From Candidatus Woesearchaeota archaeon (GTDB taxonomy: Archaea > Nanobdellota > Nanobdellia > Woesearchaeales > UBA10216): DNA of 64,000 bases. Of this stretch, positions 1 through 9,439 are shown in pieces. The DNA is taken from NCBI GenBank assembly GCA_002688315.1, contig NZCN01000012.1, positions 57,830 to 121,829 of the forward strand, given 5' to 3'. The translations under genes were made by a program, and so were the position numbers. Each line of letters opens with the position of its first letter. Positions within the stretch are counted from its first letter, which is position 1. The notes under the pieces are model-generated. The model was given only the letters and a program-made list of their open reading frames with translations. It had not been told where the DNA came from and made no database searches.

Positions 1-45
1 GATACCTTTAAAAAACGTTAACGAACAACGTTTTGTTGAAGAAAA

Positions 46-1257
46 ATGAATTACCTTGCAAAAATTGTCAAGCACCCAGCAGCTAAAGTACTTGTAGCTT
101 TGTCTGCAAGCGCAGCATTGTTCACGCCTTATGTAGGAGCCAATGAACTGTTTGCTGCTATACCTACAGACGAGGGCAATGGCGCATCAATTGACGAGAA
201 AACAGCTTCTGCATTGAACGAAGAAGGGCTTATGGACTTAGTAAATAATCGTAGCGAGTCCACTTTAATTGAAGATGCTTACAGTTACACTGCGGTGTTT
301 GACTGGAACCCGCAAGTTTTAGACTCTAAATGGGGCTCAAACTTACACATGGCACTTATAATACCTCCAATGAACCAAAAAGTACGGGCTTCTGTTGGCA
401 TGAACATAAAGGACAGCGAAGGAAAAACGTGCTTTCCCTACTTTGAATTAAGCGCAAAAGAAATAAATCCAAGCGAGTACGGCACGTTTATGGTTGTTCC
501 TGGTCTAACGCAGATTCCAGGAAGCGAAACAAAGTTAGTAGTTAGTGTTGTTAGCGCGGACAATAAGCCTTTTGACATAAAGTTATACCCCCCAAATCCA
601 ACCATTGCTGATAGGCAAAATTCTGAAGGCATTTCATTTGCTTCAGTAGTTACAAATACGCGTGATGGTATTAAATACACACGTGCAATTCCGGACTCAA
701 CTCTTTACCTTACTAGTTCAGGAGTTTCTGACGTTGACAAAACAGACCTTGAAGGCAGGACAAAAATGCTGGCTTTGAACACTCATCCATGGCAGGCTGA
801 ACTGCACGATAATTTCAGACGAGCCGAAGGACATTTGGTTGTAGATATAGAAAAGCTAGGCTACCCTCAACTTGAAAAAATCATGTTTTCAGGCATTAAC
901 GTAAAGCCAGACACTTCTGCTGTCTTAAATATGGCTGCAGTTACTTATAATAAACATACTCGAAAAATGCGCAGACATACATTTGAGGCTAGAAAACTCC
1001 CGGAAGGGCCGTATCTCGCTTGTTATGATCTAAGTGGTTTGTTTTACTTAGGAGAGACTCTTGCAGGATTCTTCCCTGATATTGCTGTTACGTCAGGCTC
1101 AGTTGAACTAGCAACAAGACCGTTTGACGCCCGTCACAATCCAGGCATTATTTCTGGAGGTATTGCTGTTTGGTCTGGAGAGCCTAATCTTCAAGACGTT
1201 ACATTCAACCAAAAACCGGAACAATTCGAGACTCACCTCACAGTAAGCTATCATTAA
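46..1257 (+). CDS. hypothetical secreted protein (403 aa)
   Basis: Long ORF with N-terminal hydrophobic signal-like segment (KVLVALSASAALFTPYVGA); no catalytic motif recognised. Confidence 0.6.
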   Translation: MNYLAKIVKHPAAKVLVALSASAALFTPYVGANELFAAIPTDEGNGASIDEKTASALNEEGLMDLVNNRSESTLIEDAYSYTAVFDWNPQVLDSKWGSNLHMALIIPPMNQKVRASVGMNIKDSEGKTCFPYFELSAKEINPSEYGTFMVVPGLTQIPGSETKLVVSVVSADNKPFDIKLYPPNPTIADRQNSEGISFASVVTNTRDGIKYTRAIPDSTLYLTSSGVSDVDKTDLEGRTKMLALNTHPWQAELHDNFRRAEGHLVVDIEKLGYPQLEKIMFSGINVKPDTSAVLNMAAVTYNKHTRKMRRHTFEARKLPEGPYLACYDLSGLFYLGETLAGFFPDIAVTSGSVELATRPFDARHNPGIISGGIAVWSGEPNLQDVTFNQKPEQFETHLTVSYH

Positions 1258-1356
1258 ACTCTAAATTTTTCCTTCACAAATCTATTTATTGAGATTTTGT
1301 TTCTTTTTAGCTGTTTTTGGCAAAAGTTTAAAAATCGAGGCTAATACCCATAATCT

Positions 1357-1686
1357 ATGTATGATGTTCTTACGGAAGCAAGAGCGAAAGGTGTAACGCA
1401 GATTGATGTTGTTGTTTGGCAGAATCCTGAACGTGTAGTTCTCTACAGTAGCGAGCAAATGACTAACTTGCCGGGAAGATGCACTGATTTGGAACAAGTT
1501 AGTAAAGATGTTACTGCGTTACGTGAGGAAGGCATTGAAGTAAGGTTGTTGGGAGGTTTAAAAGATGTTAGAGAAAGATATGCTGCAAATCCTGATGCGG
1601 ATGAAGCAGTAATGAACTTTATGGCTTGGCAGCAATCAAATATCGTGTCTTTAACTCCGGATGAAATTGATGAAATAAACAAGTAG
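1357..1686 (+). CDS. hypothetical protein (109 aa)
   Basis: ORF only; no recognisable motif. Confidence 0.4.
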   Translation: MYDVLTEARAKGVTQIDVVVWQNPERVVLYSSEQMTNLPGRCTDLEQVSKDVTALREEGIEVRLLGGLKDVRERYAANPDADEAVMNFMAWQQSNIVSLTPDEIDEINK

Positions 1687-1839
1687 TTCTACTAATCGAA
1701 AAAAACATACAGTTAATACTTCTTATACGCCCTTTTTCGTTGTTTTCCCGTAAAACCTTCAGAAAAGGTGTAAATCCTTCGGTTTGACCAGGTCTTTTAT
1801 TGGAAAGATTTAAAAAGATCATAGTCCATAGCAATACTT

Positions 1840-2444
1840 ATGAATTTGACTTCAAATAAATTTGCTTTATTTGGCATGATTAGCGCTTCAATCTCCATAG
1901 TGCTTTCTTTAATAATGGGTCTATAGGTGTTCTATTTGCGATAATTGCTATTCTTTTTGGACTTAAAGGATTAGTGGACTATTTCAAGAATAGACAACTT
2001 GGTGGATTGTGGGGCTCTGCAAGCGCAATTATCATTGGATTTATCTTCGCAATCCTTTTTGGAGCAGGCTTCGTTGACTTGGCGAGTGATGTGCCCGCAA
2101 AGGTGCTTACCGGTTGTGGACCTGGTGATGAACCTGGTAATGAACTCTGTTATGAGCGACTTGCTGTGGAAAAGAATGACCCGTCTATTTGCGCAAATCT
2201 TCCGGAAACACATGGTTGGAGTTGCGTGTCGAAGTATGCAATCGAGCGTAATGATCTAGAAGTATGTCGTTCGCTTATTGACGCAGATTTTGAATATTAC
2301 GAAGCTCGCTGTCTGCAAGGAATTGCTGCCAAACGCGGAGATATCACTCTGTGCAATGAAATAGAAGAAAGATTTGCTGGTAAAGTATACAATGTTGGTA
2401 TGGGTGATGTAGAAGATTGTATTAGCAGTGTTGAATCAAAGTAG
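1840..2444 (+). pseudogene. membrane protein with Cys-rich ectodomain, split by apparent frameshift at a G3 run (1917-1919)
   Basis: The ATG at 1840 opens a 28-codon TM ORF (MNLTSNKFALFGMISASISIVLSLIMGL*). The frame of the 156-aa ORF (GTG 1974) is open from 1884 and reads ...IGVLFAIIAILFGLKGLVDYFK. One extra G would fuse the two into a continuous two-TM N-terminus. The C-terminal part has regularly spaced Cys residues. Confidence 0.5.
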
Positions 2445-2545
2445 ATTGCTACACATAAAACTCCAGTATACCCAATCTTACTTAAAACTTACCTTAAGAA
2501 ATATAAGGATAAAGCTTAAATATTAGTTATACTTTTTAGTTATAC

Positions 2546-2776
2546 ATGATTGCCTGCAAAACAAAGCAATGGGGGAATTCTATAGGCTTGATAATACCTA
2601 AAGATGTTGCTAAAGAAAAAGGTATCAATGCAGAAGATGAAGTTCTCGTGGATATAAAGAAGAAAAACAAGAAAAAAACAGTGTTGGAAGAGCTGTCTGG
2701 TGCATTGCCATTTAAGAAATCAACTGAACAAATTCTCAGAGAATCCAGAAAAGAAATGGAGAGCAAATACATGTGA
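2546..2776 (+). CDS. vapB: AbrB/SpoVT-fold antitoxin (VapB-like)
   Basis: N-terminal KQWGNSIGLIIPKDVAKEKGI swapped-hairpin motif; sits 10 nt upstream of a PIN gene. Confidence 0.7.
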   Translation: MIACKTKQWGNSIGLIIPKDVAKEKGINAEDEVLVDIKKKNKKKTVLEELSGALPFKKSTEQILRESRKEMESKYM

Positions 2777-2786
2777 GATTCTAACA

Positions 2787-3149
2787 ATGTTATGCTTAGA
2801 TACTTATGCTTTAGTGGAGCTAGCAAAAGATAACCCAAAATTTACCCATTATAACAAACGTGAATTTGTAACTACAGATATAACTCTTGCAGAATTTTAT
2901 AACATTATGATGCGAGACTTTAATGAACAAACCGCAGATTATTGGTTCAAGAAAATAAGTCCTAACTCAAAATTTGTAAACAAAGAAATACTTATAGAAG
3001 CAGTTAAATTTAGACGACAAAACAAGGAAAAAAATCTTTCTTTTTTTGATTGCGTTGGGTATGTTTACACTAAAATTAGTAAACTGAGATTCTTGACTGG
3101 TGATAAAGAGTTTGAAGGAATGTCGAATGTTGAATTTGTGAAGAAGTAA
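2787..3149 (+). CDS. vapC: PIN-domain toxin (VapC-like)
   Basis: LDTYALVE N-terminal Asp, FFDCVGY, and LTGDKEF acidic motifs typical of PIN. ATG at 2787 chosen over the longer ORF start at 2700. Confidence 0.75.
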   Translation: MLCLDTYALVELAKDNPKFTHYNKREFVTTDITLAEFYNIMMRDFNEQTADYWFKKISPNSKFVNKEILIEAVKFRRQNKEKNLSFFDCVGYVYTKISKLRFLTGDKEFEGMSNVEFVKK

Positions 3150-3180
3150 TTCAATTTTATCCCAACTTGCTTACAACTTA

Positions 3181-3864
3181 TCAATCATTGCTGAATGCGT
3201 TTCGTATTCCTCGATATGTTGTCCTCGATAAATCTGTGATTTTACTGGAGATGCTAGTTGCAGTCTCTTTAACGTAATTTACGTAATCGCCTGGAACTTG
3301 TTTTAGTGCGTCAATAATGCTTAAGTGTTTTTTTGTTATGCTGTGGTACATTGAACTTAAATACGGGAGTCCTGCAGCGCCTACCACTGCTCCAATTACC
3401 GGGACTGCTGGTTGTGGCATTTTCTCTCCAAAAGCGTTTACAACCGCTTCTATGCCCAATGTTATTCCGGCAAACAAGCCTATCAATGCAGCATCAGAGA
3501 GTAAAAAAGTTCCAAACACTCTTTTAAATTCGCGTCCGTTCTCTGTCATTGATTTTGCTGTAATTATGCTGCTTTCGATGACAGCTTTTACATTGCTGGC
3601 TATCACAATATCTCTTACTGCTTCATTATTACCGTCGCTAACCCAAATGCCATAAGCTCCTATGGCAATTGCCATGCTTGCTTTTACTGCTGCTGTAGAA
3701 ATTGTTGTACCATACTCTGATTTGATATATCTGGAGTTATGATAACTATTCCAGTAACGTTTAAATCTGCTAGAAGTTTCTACTTTATCTTCAAGAGATT
3801 TAGAACCATTTCGCAGCATAGTGGTACGTAAATCGTGTTTCTTTAAAAAGTTTAATATGAACAA
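3181..3864 (-). CDS. hypothetical multi-pass membrane protein (227 aa)
   Basis: Several Gly/Ala-rich hydrophobic segments. TTG start abuts the stop of the upstream ORF; the alternative ATG is at 3819. Confidence 0.5.
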   Translation of the reverse strand: MFILNFLKKHDLRTTMLRNGSKSLEDKVETSSRFKRYWNSYHNSRYIKSEYGTTISTAAVKASMAIAIGAYGIWVSDGNNEAVRDIVIASNVKAVIESSIITAKSMTENGREFKRVFGTFLLSDAALIGLFAGITLGIEAVVNAFGEKMPQPAVPVIGAVVGAAGLPYLSSMYHSITKKHLSIIDALKQVPGDYVNYVKETATSISSKITDLSRTTYRGIRNAFSND

Positions 3865-4065
3865 CTAAAATCTTAAGCGTTTTTCCATTTCAAGCTCAGA
3901 AATTCGCTTTTGAAGCTCATTTACCGTCGATTTAGCTTCTTTTAGTTCGCTGTTTAGGAATAGAATCCAATCGTTCATACTCTCTGTAAAGCGGTCCATA
4001 TCGTCCCGCATTAAAGTGAACGAGTTCAATGTTTTCTTCTTGAAATTTTCTTCCATTTTAATCAA
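3865..4065 (-). CDS. small coiled-coil protein (66 aa)
   Basis: ORF with heptad-like charged sequence; adjacent to the 227-aa membrane protein. Confidence 0.4.
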   Translation of the reverse strand: MIKMEENFKKKTLNSFTLMRDDMDRFTESMNDWILFLNSELKEAKSTVNELQKRISELEMEKRLRF

Positions 4066-4451
4066 TTACGTTAATTTAATTACTTGTTAGTGGTGTAAGA
4101 GGTTATATAAATACTTATCTGTTTTAGTATATAATAAAACTTTTAATAATTTATTAATTCTTTTATTATTAATCATAACTAATATTTTTAATAATTTCTT
4201 AATATTTATAATACTATTGATATTACAATTTTTTTTGCTATTTTTTCCCAAATTTTTTGATAAAATAAAGCCAAACCCTGAAAATGTTTTTAGGCACCAG
4301 GTTAGAAAGTGAGAGGTGAAAGATGACTTAAGTTTTTTTCAAAAATCTTATAGAAAGATTTTAATATTGCAATGTTAGTTGTAAATAAATAATGGTGAAA
4401 GTAAAGATACATGTGGATGACGAAGCCAAACGCTATAAATCCTTTTACAAA

Positions 4452-5162
4452 TTAGCCAACATAACTCATCTGCTTCTTTGACTGCAAGTCCTTCGCTTTC
4501 TCGCTTTGCACTATTATATCTTTAAATTTCTCCTCGAACTGTGCAGCTACCTTTAGAAGCGGTTTATAATCTATTTTTAAGCCCAGAATACTGTCAAGCA
4601 CTTTAATTATTTCAGCAGCAGCTTTGCTGTCTGGCAAGTTGCTGTGCGTTTCTGCAAAGATGCATGAAACAGGAGTGATGTCTGCCTTAACTAGCAATGC
4701 AGATGTTTGGCCCATGATTATGCCTTCATTTAAAGGCTCGAGCTTTGCTTTTTTCAAGAGCCTTTCCATCGTTTTAGAGCGAGTGAAGTATAACGTTTTA
4801 ATGCTATTGCCTGGAGTTGTAGAGCCAATACCTTCAAGGCTTATGATTTCTTTTGCATTTAAGTCATTTGCAAGTGCAACAACAGCATCTGCCAGCTGCC
4901 ATTCTGCTCCCGGAGTTGCTATGATTGAATGTATTATGATAAGATTGTATTTTTTATTGTAATAGATGCTGAACGGCTCTATTAATTTGCCGTCGTGAAC
5001 TGCAACCAACGGAGGAGTTTTATCCACTAATATTTTTCCAATAAGCTCAGTATCAAGATGCTGTATGAGAAACTCAGCTGCAATAGCCCCGACCATTCCA
5101 ATGCCAGGAAAACCCTGCATTATTGTAGGATTCTTTGGCTTTTTCCTAAGAATTATTTCCAT
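4452..5162 (-). CDS. proteasome assembly chaperone (PAC2) family protein
   Basis: N-terminal GFPGIGMVGAIAAEFLI motif and overall length typical of archaeal PAC2/DUF75. Confidence 0.75.
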   Translation of the reverse strand: MEIILRKKPKNPTIMQGFPGIGMVGAIAAEFLIQHLDTELIGKILVDKTPPLVAVHDGKLIEPFSIYYNKKYNLIIIHSIIATPGAEWQLADAVVALANDLNAKEIISLEGIGSTTPGNSIKTLYFTRSKTMERLLKKAKLEPLNEGIIMGQTSALLVKADITPVSCIFAETHSNLPDSKAAAEIIKVLDSILGLKIDYKPLLKVAAQFEEKFKDIIVQSEKAKDLQSKKQMSYVG

Positions 5163-5235
5163 GGTTGATAATTCAATTAGGATTATAAATAGTTTGCGGT
5201 GAAATTATAAAAAAATAAAGAAAAAAAGAACTGTT

Positions 5236-5907
5236 TTACCAGTTCTTCTTAAGACCTTTTAACACGCTTTTTGCTTCGTCTTTCATTGCAAAGCCAAAGC
5301 CTATGCCGAAGGCAATTGCAATTCCCAAAGCTGCTCCTGCAATCAGCAAGAGTATTGTGTTTGTTGCAAAGCTGACGTCAATCCCTATCTTTTCTATAGC
5401 TATTAAAGCTACGAAAATTATGGAAAACCATCTTACAATGCTGCTAAGGACTCGAACGCCTTTTCTTTTAGCGTGCAGCATCCTGTCAGCCACCATGTCT
5501 GAAAGGACAAGGCCTGCTAACATTATTATTGCAGCTGCAAATAAGTTAGGTAGCCAGTTTGCTAGGTTTGACAGTTGGTCAGAGAGGATTCCTAGTCTTA
5601 AGAATCCTGCTGCTTGCACTAAAAACAATGCAAAGATATACCATTTTAGCAACGCCCCACCGAGATGGGAAAGATTAATAAAACCTATAGAATGAGAGAG
5701 CCCTGCCTTTTTAAGGTGAGCGTCTACCTTTGTAGCTTCCAAAAATCTGTGGAATATCAGTCCAAAAGCTGAAGCAATAACATATCCGACAACTACTACA
5801 ACAGCTGCAGCTAGAAACCCTGGAATAATTTCCACTAGTCTGTTCCACAATTGCGTCAGTGGATCTAATAAAGCTTGTCCTGTACTTTCTAAATAACCTA
5901 TTGGCAT
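5236..5907 (-). CDS. membrane protein with conserved TM-helix repeats (mechanosensitive-channel related)
   Basis: Four to five TM helices with repeated IIxxxxxLxxxxVVVVGYVIA-type pattern. Confidence 0.55.
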   Translation of the reverse strand: MPIGYLESTGQALLDPLTQLWNRLVEIIPGFLAAAVVVVVGYVIASAFGLIFHRFLEATKVDAHLKKAGLSHSIGFINLSHLGGALLKWYIFALFLVQAAGFLRLGILSDQLSNLANWLPNLFAAAIIMLAGLVLSDMVADRMLHAKRKGVRVLSSIVRWFSIIFVALIAIEKIGIDVSFATNTILLLIAGAALGIAIAFGIGFGFAMKDEAKSVLKGLKKNW

Positions 5908-6054
5908 TAAATATCACCCCGTTGTTTAACTGTTTTAAGTCTAAAACCCCTGTTTTAACACCTTATGAAACCTCAACTATTTAAACTTTTATTACCACTT
6001 CGGGATGAAAACGATAAAAACTCTTAAATACCTAATAAAAACTCCTTTTACAAT

Positions 6055-6470
6055 ATGTCACTTAGAGACGATCTAATAGAGCCAGAAATAAGAACTATTG
6101 AAGACTTTCAGAGTGACAGTGCTAGAAGTTTGATGCTGGAAACAGGGATAACTATAGATGATTTGTTTGTGCGTAGGCAACAGTTCCAAAATCTTGCAGG
6201 CATGGAACATATAGAAACCATGGCTGGAAGGGGGTAATACAAAAAACAGAAGCAGTCAGAATACTCGCAGCTGAAGCTGTTTTTTATTTAGAAAAAGGGC
6301 ATAGAATACTTTCAAGATTCGGATATGGAGATTTTAGAATTGTTAGGGGTAATCCTTTAGAAGCAACTTATGGAAGATCTGTTGGTCTAACATTGCCTGA
6401 AGGTGAAGATACTTATTCTGGACATGGTGAAACACTTAGAACACTGGCTTTAGAATTAGCTGCAGTTTAA
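6055..6470 (+). pseudogene. hypothetical protein split by apparent frameshift at a G5 run (6230-6234)
   Basis: The 60-aa ORF ends at TAA 6235-6237. A second frame, open from 6177 with no start codon, continues for 78 codons to TAA 6468-6470 (VIQKTEAVRILAAEAVFYLEKGH...). One extra G joins them. Confidence 0.4.
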
Positions 6471-8350
6471 GCAGCCACTATTTTCTTGAGAATTCTTTCC
6501 TTTCCTGTCCAATCTAGCGCTTCTCTTAGAACGTCTCCGATTTTATCCACTGGAATTATCTGTATTTTTGCTCTTTTGTTTGCGTCAAGTATTATATCTT
6601 TTATGTTAGTCTTTGGAACCAGCACCTTCTTTATGCCAGCTTCCAAAGCAGCTTCTACTTTGCTGGAAACTCCTCCGATAGGCAATACCTCTCCTCTCAC
6701 TGACAAGCTGCCTGTCATAGCATAATCCTGTTTTATTGGAACATTTTTGAGTGCAGAAATTATTGCGGTTGCAACAGCAATGCTTGCTGAATCCCCTTCA
6801 ACACCTTCATAAGTTTGAAGGAACTGGACATATAAGTCATGCTTTTTTCTTATGTCCTCGCCAAAATATTTTTTGATTATGGCAGAAACGTTCTTCACAG
6901 CTTCCTTAGCAATTTCTCCAAGCTTTCCGGTAGCAACAATTTCACGCTGCTCACCGCCAGGAGTAACTTCTGCTTCAATAGGCAATATTATACCAGAATA
7001 AGCTGAACCTGAACCAAGAACAGCCAACCCATTAACCCTGCCAACTTTTTTGCCTTCAGTAATTATAACCTCATACTCTTTGCGATGCTCAATTATCTTA
7101 TCAGCTATTTGCTGTTCCAAAGTGCGAGCTATAGCGCGGGCATTTAAAACATGTTTTTTCTCCACTAACAAAGATTTTTCTTCGATTGCCAAATCACCAG
7201 CAGCTCTTATAAGACCGCCTAAATCCCTGAAAAGCAAGCTCAAATGCCCTTTTCGGTTAGCACGCTTTTTCCCTTCAGTAATGATTGTCTGCACAGCTTC
7301 GTAAGAAAAGTGAGGAATCTTCTTGTCCTTAACAACTTCCTGCGCAACAAACCTAGCAACTTTTTCCCGGTTTTCAGGAATGTCAGGCATGGTGTCTTTC
7401 ATGTACACTTCATAACCATAACCTCTTATTCTGCTTCTAAGCGCAGGGTGCATGTGGCTTACAGTCTCAGCATTGCCAGCAGCGACCAAAACAAAATTGC
7501 ACGGCACAGGCTCTGTGCGAACCATAGCACCAGCACTTCGCTCAGACTGGCCTGTAATAGCGAATTTGCCTTCCTGCAAAGCAGTTAACAACTCCTGTTG
7601 AGTTGCAGGCTCTAAAGTAGCGATTTCATCAATAAACAACACACCCATGTTCGCTTTATGAATCATGCCAGCAACAACACGCTCGTGAGCTGGTGTTCCT
7701 AAGCCTCCGCTTTGGAAGGGATCATGAAGTACATCGCCTAGCAAAGCTCCTGCATGCGCTCCTGTAGCGTCAAAAAACGGAGCCTGGTTTTTATGGAAGT
7801 TATCAACAACAATTTTAGGAACTCTGCCGCGGCCTTCTGCTCTTCTGCTGAAGTTAAGGAACAAAACAAACGAAGCTAAGAACACTATGCCTCCTATGAA
7901 AAAAGCAAGGAACATAAGGCCGCCAAGCAAAGGCCCTCCAATTTTTGAGTAATGATTAAAAGCCCACCATGGAGTAATAAGAGCTAAGATAAGAAGAACA
8001 AACATTAAGATGTTTTGGTGCTTAAAAAAACCTCCTGCTTCCATTTTAGCTTGCGCAACCATGTTTCTTCCATGGCCTGCAGGAATAACTCTCATTAATG
8101 GCTGGTTCTCATCATTTGGATTTGCAAAAGAAGCAATATCAACAAGCTTTTCTTTTGGAAGAAGCTCAGCCAGGCCAAGACCAAGCAAGCTCTTGCCAGT
8201 TCCAGGATCACCAATAAGCAAAACGTGGCGTCGCTGTCTCGCAGCTTTCCTAATGATCTTGACAGCACTTTCCTGGCCAATAACCTGCTCAATAATCTTA
8301 GAAGGCACGTTCAGTTCTTTTGTTGACTTGAATTTGTTTTCCTTAGCCAT
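6467..8350 (-). CDS. lonB: archaeal membrane-bound Lon protease (LonB)
   Basis: Walker A GDPGTGKS, two TM helices inserted in the AAA+ module, and a C-terminal Lon protease domain with the GDSASIA Ser motif. Confidence 0.95.
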   Translation of the reverse strand: MAKENKFKSTKELNVPSKIIEQVIGQESAVKIIRKAARQRRHVLLIGDPGTGKSLLGLGLAELLPKEKLVDIASFANPNDENQPLMRVIPAGHGRNMVAQAKMEAGGFFKHQNILMFVLLILALITPWWAFNHYSKIGGPLLGGLMFLAFFIGGIVFLASFVLFLNFSRRAEGRGRVPKIVVDNFHKNQAPFFDATGAHAGALLGDVLHDPFQSGGLGTPAHERVVAGMIHKANMGVLFIDEIATLEPATQQELLTALQEGKFAITGQSERSAGAMVRTEPVPCNFVLVAAGNAETVSHMHPALRSRIRGYGYEVYMKDTMPDIPENREKVARFVAQEVVKDKKIPHFSYEAVQTIITEGKKRANRKGHLSLLFRDLGGLIRAAGDLAIEEKSLLVEKKHVLNARAIARTLEQQIADKIIEHRKEYEVIITEGKKVGRVNGLAVLGSGSAYSGIILPIEAEVTPGGEQREIVATGKLGEIAKEAVKNVSAIIKKYFGEDIRKKHDLYVQFLQTYEGVEGDSASIAVATAIISALKNVPIKQDYAMTGSLSVRGEVLPIGGVSSKVEAALEAGIKKVLVPKTNIKDIILDANKRAKIQIIPVDKIGDVLREALDWTGKERILKKIVAA

Positions 8351-8385
8351 GGATTATGATATGTTACTGTGATTTAAATAAATAT

Positions 8386-8429
8386 CGGAAAAGTAAAACT
8401 TTTCCGGACCTACAAAAGCAAAGCTTTTG
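8386..8429 (-). terminator. two tandem hairpins between the 300-aa gene and lonB
   Basis: Hairpin 1: CGGAAAAGT-aaa-ACTTTTCCG (8386-8406, 9-bp stem). Hairpin 2: CAAAAGC-aaa-GCTTTTG (8413-8429, 7-bp stem). A T-rich tract follows on the transcribed strand. Confidence 0.3.
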
Positions 8430-8459
8430 ATAGGTATCGTTTAAGAATAGATTTTTAGA

Positions 8460-9362
8460 TTACGCAGCAAGTAAACTCTCTGTGTATTCCAAATTTTGCT
8501 TAAGACATTCAGATACCTTTTCTGGGAGTTTTCTTTTGCCATATGACTGTATTCTTGGTACTGCTTCTGCTGTGTCTAGATCAAATCTAACTCTTCCTCT
8601 TTCATACGTGAAGTATATCCTAATTGGTGTTTGTTCTAATCTATTTAGAACTGAATCTGCATCAGAGCCAATATACGTAAGATATTTAATGACATCTGTA
8701 GTAATTCGTGTTATGTCAGAATCCCCTGTAAATATTGAAGCAGGAACGTCATCATGCATAACCCTTGTTAATGCTAAAGCAATAAGGCCTTCATCTGTAT
8801 GAAGATCTTGTTTCTTTTTTGATTTATTCTGAAAATTTTTCCGACTCATTCTTCTGTACAAGACATTTGTTGGTCCAACAGAATGATTCGGCCTGAAATC
8901 AATTTTTGAATTTGCATCATCTGCTACTGCAAGAACCATGGCTTGAGCAGGAATGTAAAATAAAGAATCTTCTGTTACCTTGGCAGATGAAATACTGCTG
9001 CACAAGTCAGCATAGGATCTATTAATTTCCATTAAAAGGTCACGTTTTTGTATTTGGTCAGAATATTCATTAGTTTGAACGTGTCTTGACCCATTTTTTG
9101 AGAGTATGCTTTTTGCAAGTTTCTTGCGTCCTCTTAAAGTAGGCTTAAAATCTCGAGCCTCCTTAAGAACTTTACCTGATGCGTAAACATTTGGATTAGC
9201 AAACCATTCACTAAATTCATTTGAACCTGCTACTAATTGGCGAAGAATTTCTATGTCAAGATTATCAATGTTAGTTGCTCTCAATAAATGGCTGAAGCTA
9301 TTGCCTCCCATAAACATAGTCTGTGCACTTAAATCTGTAAATATAACTGTTTCTTCTTCCAA
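8460..9362 (-). CDS. hypothetical protein, possible NYN/LabA-like (PIN-related) nuclease fold
   Basis: VIFTD near the N-terminus, TDEGLIALAL, and IFTGDSDI resemble the three acidic motifs of NYN/LabA domains. TTG start. Confidence 0.4.
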   Translation of the reverse strand: MEEETVIFTDLSAQTMFMGGNSFSHLLRATNIDNLDIEILRQLVAGSNEFSEWFANPNVYASGKVLKEARDFKPTLRGRKKLAKSILSKNGSRHVQTNEYSDQIQKRDLLMEINRSYADLCSSISSAKVTEDSLFYIPAQAMVLAVADDANSKIDFRPNHSVGPTNVLYRRMSRKNFQNKSKKKQDLHTDEGLIALALTRVMHDDVPASIFTGDSDITRITTDVIKYLTYIGSDADSVLNRLEQTPIRIYFTYERGRVRFDLDTAEAVPRIQSYGKRKLPEKVSECLKQNLEYTESLLAA

Positions 9363-9439
9363 GATTGCCTGGAGATTTATTGATTTGCTTAAATCAGAGA
9401 TTATGAATCAAAAAGAGATTAAATAACGTATTTAAACCT

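Noticed and set aside
4066-4451. Replication origin
   Set aside because: No ORB-like repeats were recognised and no orc1/cdc6 gene is nearby. AT-richness alone is insufficient, so this is kept only as a low-interest note.
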